From the NCBI GenBank assembly GCA_026991575.1, contig JALXBF010000114.1, forward strand, positions 1 to 53,544: a stretch of DNA of 53,544 nt, written 5' to 3'. The notes under the pieces were generated by a model that worked only from the letters and a program-made list of their open reading frames with translations, was not told the DNA's origin and did no database searches. This DNA is from Planctomycetota bacterium (GTDB taxonomy: Bacteria; Planctomycetota; Planctomycetia; JALXBF01). How positions within the stretch are numbered: the first letter of the stretch is position 1; every line of letters starts with the position of its first letter. Shown here piece after piece: positions 28,375 to 36,093 of the stretch. The translations under genes and the position numbers were made by a program.

Positions 28375-28974
28375 ATGAAACGGTCCTGGCTGGAGTGGCT
28401 GCACAAGCGAGATCCCAGAGCGACGCGGATGTTGGCTGTTGTGGCCGTGATCGCCGTGGCAGTTGCCATGGTGATGGTCGGCTGCGGTCAGTCGGGCCAG
28501 GAGGAGGTCACGGGGCGGTTTCGCGCTGACTTGCGGGCTTACTACGGTGCGCCCCCCGTGATTCCGCATCCGGTGGAGGCACTGGGACGCGGCAACTGTA
28601 GGGCTTGTCACGAGCAGGGGCTGATCTATCAGGGGCAGGTGGCGGTGGCCCGGCCGCATCCGTATGTGGGCGAGTGTCGGCAGTGTCATGTGGAGCAGTT
28701 GCCGGTGGAGCCCAAAGTGAAGAACAGCTTTGTTGGGTTGGCCGAGCCGGAGCGGCTGCCGCGGGCCTATCCGGGCGCGCCTCCGCTGATCCCGCACGAA
28801 ACACGCATGCGGGCCAACTGCACCGCGTGCCACGGCCCCCGGGGCCATCCGGAGCTGCGGACACCTCACCCGCGCCACTGGACCGAGTGCATGCAGTGCC
28901 ATGTACGGCCCGAGCCAGGGGTGGAACCGCCCGTGGTGAACAACTTCGCCACGTTGTGGGAGGCGACTCGATGA
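28375..28974 (+). CDS. napB: NapB-like tetraheme cytochrome c (two tandem NapB-like diheme repeats)
   Basis: Four CxxCH motifs (CRACH, CRQCH, CTACH, CMQCH) in two RAY.GAPP.IPH...CxxCH...PHP...CxQCHV repeats; N-terminal hydrophobic segment ending MVGC. Confidence 0.8.
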   Translation: MKRSWLEWLHKRDPRATRMLAVVAVIAVAVAMVMVGCGQSGQEEVTGRFRADLRAYYGAPPVIPHPVEALGRGNCRACHEQGLIYQGQVAVARPHPYVGECRQCHVEQLPVEPKVKNSFVGLAEPERLPRAYPGAPPLIPHETRMRANCTACHGPRGHPELRTPHPRHWTECMQCHVRPEPGVEPPVVNNFATLWEATR

Positions 28975-29453
28975 GTGACGAACCGATCAAAGAGCCGACA
29001 ACGGGTGATGAGCAGCCCAGTCGGCGAGGGTTTGTTACGACGGTGCTGATGCTGGCCAGCCTGGTCGCCAGCTACGGCCTTGGGCTGGTTTATTTCCTCC
29101 GCTTCCTCGTGCCGCCCATTCGCTGGCGCCGTCGGGAACTGTTCGTGACCACCGTCGACCGGGTGCCGTCGGATCGTGCTCTGGTCTGGGTCGGTCCGGA
29201 TGGGCAGGAGGCGCTCATCTACAACCTCAATGGCGAAATCGTTGCCTTCTCCAACGTCTGCCCGCACCTCGGTTGCCACGTGCACTACCGCCCCAGCGAA
29301 CAACGGTTCGTGTGTCCGTGCCATCAGGGGGTATTCGATCTGGAGGGCAACCCGATCGCCGGGCCGCCGGCCGAGGAGAACACCCCGCTGAAGCGATACA
29401 ACATCGTGGTGCGTGGCAACGCGGTGTACCTGGAAATCCTGGAGGAAGCCTAG
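28971..29453 (+). CDS. Rieske 2Fe-2S subunit of a Rieske/cytochrome b complex
   Basis: ATGA overlap with the upstream gene; Tat motif SRRGF plus TM anchor; CPHLGC and CPCH boxes; GPP. Confidence 0.92.
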   Translation: MSDEPIKEPTTGDEQPSRRGFVTTVLMLASLVASYGLGLVYFLRFLVPPIRWRRRELFVTTVDRVPSDRALVWVGPDGQEALIYNLNGEIVAFSNVCPHLGCHVHYRPSEQRFVCPCHQGVFDLEGNPIAGPPAEENTPLKRYNIVVRGNAVYLEILEEA

Positions 29454-29454
29454 C

Positions 29455-30495
29455 ATGGCCGGTTGGTGGGCACGACATGTACCGATCAACCAGGAGACCG
29501 TGCGGCACTTTACCAGCGAGCCGGTGCCGTATCACCTGCGCCGCTGGTGGTGGTGCCTCGGGGGGACTCCCGCCTACCTGTTCGTGGTCATGGCCACGAC
29601 CGGCATCCTGATGACCTTCTACTACGTGCCCCGGCCTCCGGAGGCGTACTACAGCGTCCAGCGGATCACCGAGGAGGTGCCGTACGGCTGGTACATCCGC
29701 AGCGTCCACCGCTGGGCTGCCAACCTGATGATCATCACGGTTATCCTGCACATGATGCGCGTCTACTTCACCGGCGCGTATCGCTGCCCGCGGGAAATCA
29801 ACTGGATGATCGGCGTCGGCCTCTTAGTGACCACGCTGCTATTCGGCTTCACAGGCTATTCGCTCATTTACGAGCAGCTTTCCTACTGGGGGGTAACCGT
29901 AGCAAGCAATCTGATGGAGGCCACCCCGCTGATCGGCCCATGGCTGGCAAGACTGATCCGTGGCGGCGCCGAGGTGGGCGAGACGACGTGGGTCCGTCTG
30001 TTCGTGTTCCACATCGGAGTGCTGCCCACGATCATGACGATCCTGCTCATCTGTCACTTCACGTTGATCCGGCTCCATGGCGTGACACCGTACCGGTTTC
30101 CCGACGAGCCCGAGGGTAAGACGTATCCGTTTTTCCCGGACCACGTGCTGACGGAGCTGGCCATTGGCGTGTTCCTCATGTTTCTGCTCACGTGCCTGGC
30201 CTGCATTTTCCCGGCCGAGCTTGGCCCGATCGCCAATCCGCTCGTGACTCCGGAGCACATCAAGCCGGAGTGGTACTTCTATTTCACGTTCCGGCTGTTG
30301 AAGCTCATGGGACTGACCTGGGCGGTTCTCACGTTGGGCTTCATGCTGTTCATCACACTGCTCTGGCCGTTCATCGACGCTGCGATCCGAAAGTACTGGC
30401 CCGAAAGCGAGCTGAGCGTGTACATCGGCATCGCTGCGGTCGTGCTGCTGTGCGTCATGACCGTGTGGGAGGCGATGGAAGGGACCGTGTTCTGA
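29455..30495 (+). CDS. Cytochrome b of b6 type (cyt b6 and subunit IV fused)
   Basis: CLGG, RSVHRWAA..LHM, FTGYSL, SYWG, FHIGVLP..CHF, and the PEWY Qo-site motif. Confidence 0.92.
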   Translation: MAGWWARHVPINQETVRHFTSEPVPYHLRRWWWCLGGTPAYLFVVMATTGILMTFYYVPRPPEAYYSVQRITEEVPYGWYIRSVHRWAANLMIITVILHMMRVYFTGAYRCPREINWMIGVGLLVTTLLFGFTGYSLIYEQLSYWGVTVASNLMEATPLIGPWLARLIRGGAEVGETTWVRLFVFHIGVLPTIMTILLICHFTLIRLHGVTPYRFPDEPEGKTYPFFPDHVLTELAIGVFLMFLLTCLACIFPAELGPIANPLVTPEHIKPEWYFYFTFRLLKLMGLTWAVLTLGFMLFITLLWPFIDAAIRKYWPESELSVYIGIAAVVLLCVMTVWEAMEGTVF

Positions 30496-30565
30496 GGACG
30501 CCGCGGTCTGTGGTGGATGCCGCTCCGAGAAAACCGTCACCCAGCGGGCTGAGTGGAGGGTCCGA

Positions 30566-31963
30566 ATGAGCCTGCGTGTGAAGCAACTGATCGTCGCCGT
30601 GCTGAGCCTCTTCTTCCTGGCCTCGCTGCTGATTGTAGCGTGGATCGAAGGTGGGAAACAGCGAGCAGGAGGCAAGCCGCGCATCGTGGTAACGGGGGTT
30701 AACGAGCAGTGCGTCAGTTGTCACGAGGACAAGACGCCTGTGATCGTGGCCCAGTGGAAAGACAGCGTGCATGCCCAGAAGGCAATAGGCTGCTATGAAT
30801 GTCACCAGGCTGAGGAGGGCGAACCCGACGCCTTCCGGCACGAAGGCCACATCATCGCGACGATCGTGTCTCCGAAAGACTGCGCCCGGTGCCATGAGAA
30901 GGAGGTGGCCGAGTTCACGGCCAGCCACCACGCACGGGGAGCCCAGTTCGTCGGGTCGTTGGACAACATCTTGGGCGAGATCGTCGAGGGGCCACTTGCT
31001 GCGCAGAACGGCTGCTGGCAGTGCCATGGCTCGCCAGTTCGTTTCCTACGCGACGATGCAGGCAACATCCTGAAGTATGAAGACGGTCGTCTGAAGTTCG
31101 ACCCTGCAACCTGGCCCAACACGGGCATCGGCCGGATCAACCCGGACGGGTCCAACGGCTCGTGCACCGCTTGCCACTCACGCCACGTGTTCTCCAAGGC
31201 GATGGCGCGTCAGCCGGAGGTGTGCGGCAAGTGCCATATGGGGCCGGATCACCCGCAAATCGAAATCTACTACGAATCCAAGCACGGTATCGCGTTCAAG
31301 ACCCGCATCGACGAGATGAACCTCGATTCGGACAGCTGGGTGCTGGGCAAGGACTACACGGCAGCGCCGACCTGTGCTACCTGCCACATGAGTGCGACAC
31401 GAAACCAGCCGGTCACTCACGACGTCGGCGCCCGAATCAGCTGGACGCTGCGACCGGTGGTGTCCAAGAAGCTGGAGAACTGGGAACAGAAACGGGAGGC
31501 TATGAAGGACGTCTGCAACCACTGCCACTCGCCCAGCTTTGTCAATGCGTTCTATGACCAGTTCGACGCAAGCATCGAGCTGTACAACAAGAAATTCGCC
31601 ATCCCGGCGCAGAAGATCATGGACGCGCTCCGCAAGAAGGGCAAGATCACGCCGACACCATTTGATGACGAGATCGAGTGGACGTTCTTCCTGCTCTGGC
31701 ACCACGAAGGCCGTCGGGCTCGTATGGGCGTCTCGATGCAGGGCCCGGACTATACCCAGTGGCACGGCTTCTTCGAGCTGGCCCACCGCTTCTACTTCGA
31801 GTTGATCCCGCAGGCCAAGGAACTGGCCGAGGGGGACGAGGAGTTGATGCAGCTGATCGCGGACATCGAGAACGCCCCAGAGCACCGGTGGAAGAAGGGC
31901 GGTCTGGACAAGAAGACGATCCAGCAGATCCAGAAGTTCTACCAGGAGCGCTACGGCAAGTAG
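30566..31963 (+). CDS. hao: Octaheme cytochrome c of the hydroxylamine oxidoreductase (HAO) family
   Basis: Eight CxxCH motifs (CVSCH, CYECH, CARCH, CWQCH, CTACH, CGKCH, CATCH, CNHCH); HSRH, CHMGPDHPQIEIY.ESKHG, APTCATCHM, WHHEGRRAR, GPDYTQWHG. Confidence 0.9.
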   Translation: MSLRVKQLIVAVLSLFFLASLLIVAWIEGGKQRAGGKPRIVVTGVNEQCVSCHEDKTPVIVAQWKDSVHAQKAIGCYECHQAEEGEPDAFRHEGHIIATIVSPKDCARCHEKEVAEFTASHHARGAQFVGSLDNILGEIVEGPLAAQNGCWQCHGSPVRFLRDDAGNILKYEDGRLKFDPATWPNTGIGRINPDGSNGSCTACHSRHVFSKAMARQPEVCGKCHMGPDHPQIEIYYESKHGIAFKTRIDEMNLDSDSWVLGKDYTAAPTCATCHMSATRNQPVTHDVGARISWTLRPVVSKKLENWEQKREAMKDVCNHCHSPSFVNAFYDQFDASIELYNKKFAIPAQKIMDALRKKGKITPTPFDDEIEWTFFLLWHHEGRRARMGVSMQGPDYTQWHGFFELAHRFYFELIPQAKELAEGDEELMQLIADIENAPEHRWKKGGLDKKTIQQIQKFYQERYGK

Positions 31964-31993
31964 CTGCTGGCGCACGGAACCACACCCGACCCC

Positions 31994-32030
31994 ACGCCCT
32001 GCTGTGGCCGCGCAGTGGGGCGTTTTCTTG
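31994..32030 (+). terminator. Intrinsic terminator closing the nap-hao operon
   Basis: 13-bp stem including G-U pairs (ACGCCCTGCTGTG/CGCAGTGGGGCGT), 4-nt loop, then TTTCTTG. Confidence 0.65.
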
Positions 32031-32057
32031 TGTGTCCGCCGACGCTCGGCCTATAAT
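32028..32057 (+). promoter_or_regulatory. Possible sigma70 promoter of rluD
   Basis: TTGTGT-N18-TATAAT, 38 bp upstream of the ATG. Confidence 0.4.
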
Positions 32058-32095
32058 GCGGCGAAACTCACCGAAACACACATGCCCCGATCCCC

Positions 32096-33256
32096 ATGAG
32101 CCAGAGAGAATTGCCGAGGGACGAGGCGCGCGAGGAACTGGTCGACGAGGCAGAACTTGCCCAATTGATGGAAGCCGGTCCGGCAGCGCCTGTTGAGAAG
32201 CTGCGCGACGCTCTCGGGCAGGCCCCTGCCGGCCGCCGCTACGACGGAGCCCTGAAGTTCGAATTCACCGTCAAGCTCCGTTCCCAGGGGAAGCGGCTCG
32301 ACCAGTACCTCGCCGAACGTCTCGGCCAGTACAGCCGCTCGCTGATTCAGAAGGTGATCAAGGCCGGCGCGGTGGAAGTCAACGGCCGAGCCGTGCGCCC
32401 CAGCTACGCCATCAAGAAAGGCGACCACATCAGGCTGTGGTTGCCGGAGATTATCGAGCAGTTGCCCGTGCCGGAGAACATCCCGCTGGACATCCTCTAT
32501 GAGGACGAGCTCTTCGTCGTGGTCAACAAGCCGCCCGGCATGGTCGTGCATCCCGCGAAGGGACACTGGCGCGGCACGCTCGTGAACGCACTCCGGTACC
32601 ACTTCGAGAATCTCAGCGGCGTCTCCGGTCAGCACCGACCCGGCATCATCCACCGACTCGACCGGGATACCAGCGGCGTGATCGTCGTCGCCAAGGACGA
32701 CCTAGCACATGTGGACCTGGCGCTACAGTTCGAGCACCGCAAGGTGTACAAGGAGTACCACGTGCTGGTCTGCGGTGAGCCGGACCGCGACAGCGACTAT
32801 ATTGAGCAGCCGCTGGGCCCGCATCCCACGCACCGTGAAAAGATGGCCATCCGTCGCGTCGAGGACGGCGGCAAGCCGGCCAGGACCTTCTATGAGGTGA
32901 TCGAACGCTTCGATGGCTTTGCGTACGTGAAAGCCGTGCCGCACACCGGGCGAACCCACCAGATTCGCGTTCACCTGGCTCACATCGGCTGCCCCGTTCT
33001 TGCGGACTACGCCTACGGGGGCCGTCGCCAGCTGCGTCTCAGTGAGCTGGAGGGGCGCGAGTGCGACCTGGCGGAGGATGAGATCTTGATTGAGCGTCAG
33101 GCGCTGCACGCCTACATGCTACGCTTGCGCCACCCACGCACCCGCGCAATGATGGAATTCGTGGCGCCGCTTCCTGAGGATTTCCGCCGCACCCTTGAGG
33201 CACTGCGCCGCTACCGGCCTAGCACACATCGTGGCCGCCGTCGCCCGCGCACGTAA
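32096..33256 (+). CDS. rluD: RluA-family 23S rRNA pseudouridine synthase with S4 domain
   Basis: RLDQYL S4 domain, VNKPPGMVVHP, HRLDRDTSG catalytic Asp, TGRTHQIRVH, QALHA. Confidence 0.92.
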   Translation: MSQRELPRDEAREELVDEAELAQLMEAGPAAPVEKLRDALGQAPAGRRYDGALKFEFTVKLRSQGKRLDQYLAERLGQYSRSLIQKVIKAGAVEVNGRAVRPSYAIKKGDHIRLWLPEIIEQLPVPENIPLDILYEDELFVVVNKPPGMVVHPAKGHWRGTLVNALRYHFENLSGVSGQHRPGIIHRLDRDTSGVIVVAKDDLAHVDLALQFEHRKVYKEYHVLVCGEPDRDSDYIEQPLGPHPTHREKMAIRRVEDGGKPARTFYEVIERFDGFAYVKAVPHTGRTHQIRVHLAHIGCPVLADYAYGGRRQLRLSELEGRECDLAEDEILIERQALHAYMLRLRHPRTRAMMEFVAPLPEDFRRTLEALRRYRPSTHRGRRRPRT

Positions 33257-33736
33257 GGGCCCTGTGCCGACTGCACTCCGACCGGCCGCCCGGCCCCGGA
33301 GCTCCCAGAACCCGCGGCCCGCCGAACGCTGTGGGCAGACGGCTGCACGACGCGCCGCCGGGGGTGGTTTGCATCGGGCCGAAACCGCGCTCGTCCCGAA
33401 ATGGTCCGGCACCGAGGTACCGGGCTCTCACGCGAGGTGGCAGTTCAGCGCAGCTGGCCAGACCAACAGCCGACCCTGCCGCACACAGTGCATCCGCTCT
33501 TCATGGTTCACTCTGCGCCGGCATGACGCGATGTGCCGATCGGTACGAGCCGATTGCCAGTATCTACAAGCTGGCTAGAAGACATGTGGCTGGCGCAGCC
33601 GGCAGGATGCACGTTCCAGGTCAGGAGTCCCCCGCACCGCAAGCAGGCAGGGGTGGCTATCGGTCACCGCCACGGCGCGGGGGTATTGTGTTCACCTCTC
33701 GATTCGGCTCGGATATGTCTACCCATCGGTTGTACG

Positions 33737-35260
33737 CTACGTGGGGCTAAGGATGTTCGTGGCTGCAGCCATGATTTTCTCTTCCGTGGCCTCCTCGCGC
33801 GTGAACTCGGCCGTCTTCCGACCCTCACACAGCACGAGGATCCGATCACAGACGGCCAGCAGTTCGGGCAGCTCGCTGGAGGTCATCACAATGCCAAGGC
33901 CACGGGCTGCGAGCCGGTCCATCAGCACGTAGATCTCAGCCTTCGCACCCACGTCTATACCGCGCGTCGGCTCATCAAGCAACAGCAATCTTGGCCGGGT
34001 CAACAACCACCGTGCCAGGATGCACTTCTGTTGGTTGCCGCCACTGAGGCTGGTGATCGGGGCTTCCGGCCCGGCGTGCTTGATGTTCAGCTCGTCCGTG
34101 GCCCGCTCGACCAACGCCAGCTCGGCCGTGCGCCGCACCACACCGGCAGCGGCCACCTCGCGCAGCGCAACCAGCGTGATGTTCTCGCGGACGGTCATCT
34201 CCGGGAAAAGCCCGTACCGCTTCCGGTCCTCGCTGACGAACGCAATACCGAGCTGGATCGCGTCCTGGACCGAACGGATCTGGACCGGCCGGCCGCTGAG
34301 CCGAATCGTCCCGGTGGGCGGCACTTCGGTAGCCCCGAAGATGGCTTCCAGCAGTTCCGTGCGGCCAGCACCGAGCAGGCCAGCGACGCCAAGGATTTCG
34401 CCACGGCGAAGCTGAAACGAGACATCCGCAACCCACGGGGAACCGTTGGCCCGCGGTACGGGCAACGTGAGCTCTTCGACTTCGAGCAGGACGTCACCGT
34501 CGCCAGACCGATGAACCATCGAGACAGCCTCGATGTCGCGGCCGACCATCCATGAGACAACCTGTTGCGGAGTGGTTTCAGCACGCGGAACGGTCCGCAC
34601 AAGCTGCCCGTCGCGCAGGACAGTGATCCGATCGGCGATGGAGAAGACCTCATCCATCTTGTGCGAAATGTACAGGACGGCGACGCCGTGGTCCTTGAGC
34701 TCGCGGATGACGCGGAAGAGCTTCTGGACCTCTGCCTCGCTAAGCGCCGAGGTCGGTTCGTCCATGATGAGGATGGCAGCGTCGAGGTTGAGTGCTTTGG
34801 CGATTTCGACCAGTTGCTGGTCGCCGACGCGAAGGTGGCGGACGGCGGTTTCGGGCTCGATTTCAGCGCCCAGTCGCTCGAAGAGCTGCGCAGTGCGGTG
34901 GTTCATGGCCGCGTCGTCAAGCAAGCCGAACGGCTTGCGGAGCTCGCGGCCCAGAAAGATGTTTGCCGATGCGGAGAGATCGTCAACGAGGTTGAGCTCC
35001 TGGTAGATGATGGAGATGCCGTGCTGTTCAGCGTCACGGGTGCCGGAGAACCGGACCGGTCGGCCGCGAATGATGATCTGGCCCTCGTAATCGGTGATCG
35101 CCCCGCTGAGGATCTTCATGAGCGTGGATTTCCCGGCGCCGTTCTCGCCGACGATCGCGTGCACTTGGCCCGGGTAGACCTCCAGCGTCACACCGCGCAG
35201 GGCTACGGTGCCTCCGAATCGTTTGGTGATGGCTCGGGCGACGAGTATCGGCTCAGCCAA
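33737..35260 (-). CDS. Monosaccharide ABC transporter ATP-binding protein (RbsA/XylG type, two NBDs)
   Basis: GENGAGKST, MDEPT, YISHK, SEDRK, LSGGNQQK, DEPTRGIDVGAK, SSELPEL. Confidence 0.93.
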   Translation of the reverse strand: MAEPILVARAITKRFGGTVALRGVTLEVYPGQVHAIVGENGAGKSTLMKILSGAITDYEGQIIIRGRPVRFSGTRDAEQHGISIIYQELNLVDDLSASANIFLGRELRKPFGLLDDAAMNHRTAQLFERLGAEIEPETAVRHLRVGDQQLVEIAKALNLDAAILIMDEPTSALSEAEVQKLFRVIRELKDHGVAVLYISHKMDEVFSIADRITVLRDGQLVRTVPRAETTPQQVVSWMVGRDIEAVSMVHRSGDGDVLLEVEELTLPVPRANGSPWVADVSFQLRRGEILGVAGLLGAGRTELLEAIFGATEVPPTGTIRLSGRPVQIRSVQDAIQLGIAFVSEDRKRYGLFPEMTVRENITLVALREVAAAGVVRRTAELALVERATDELNIKHAGPEAPITSLSGGNQQKCILARWLLTRPRLLLLDEPTRGIDVGAKAEIYVLMDRLAARGLGIVMTSSELPELLAVCDRILVLCEGRKTAEFTREEATEEKIMAAATNILSPT

Positions 35261-36093
35261 CGGTGGCGGCTCCGCGTGGCAATCGTGGAAATCTCAAACA
35301 GCACGAGGGTGTTTGGCAATCGGCGGTGCGGCGCGCAGGCGTTGCTGCCCGTCACCTTGTGGCGGTCGCGCGAAACTCGGACCCACTCTCAGCATGCTCC
35401 GGTTCAACACGGCGCCACAGCACCCTGTGCCGCATCATTGTAGCGCACGCGTTCAGTCGCATCGGCATGAGTGTCCACCCCACGGTCCAGAGCGGTTGGA
35501 CGAAAAACGAAGAGCACGACGCTCGCGGCCGTCCGTCACCGTGGCGGGCAAGCAAAGCAAGTCGGTGGCCGGCGGCCGGCTTGCGGAGGCCGACGGATGA
35601 GGCGGGGTGCAAACGACGGGGGAGGCGCGGAGAAGCGGAATTGGCTCACGGCTTGCGAACGTGTTGCCCCAGTTGGCCACGACAGGGCCTGGCCCTGTCT
35701 TACGGAAGCTGGGCAGGGAGAATTCAGCCGTTCCTCGCGGATCGCCCTCAGGCACGGGCTGCCCACGCCGGCTAGCAGCATGGCGTTCCGGGACCGTGTT
35801 CGCAGAGGCTTGATTGCAGTCGTCGTGGGACCGAACCGCTGTTGTCGCGATCGCTGGTCCGTGGTATGCACGAGCTGAGTCGGGGCGCGGGCCACGGGCA
35901 ACAGGTTCAGCACGCTGTAGGATCGCGGCGATGGTGCCGGTGACGGCCGCGGTTGCCCAAGTGCGATGCGCCTGGCCAGCGCGATAGTGCCCCATCGAGC
36001 AACATCCGTGGAATCGCGCGCGGCAGCACAACTGCGGCCTGCGACGGCTGGCGACTTCAGGCGGCGTGGCGGTCGGACGGAAAAGCCCAAGCA

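Noticed and set aside
30566..31963. HAO as evidence for aerobic ammonia oxidation or anammox
   Set aside because: No amo, cycAB or hzs genes in the window; the context is reductive (napA) and the cross-link Tyr appears absent.
33533..35443. Long plus-strand ORFs (340 aa and 292 aa)
   Set aside because: Antisense shadows of the ABC ATPase. The same applies to shadow ORFs such as 7356-8546, 21717-22871 and 50360-51199.
35263..36093. Several overlapping 130-300 aa ORFs between the ABC ATPase and the glycosyltransferase
   Set aside because: Arg/Ala/Pro-rich translations in several frames without motifs, as expected for non-coding high-GC DNA.
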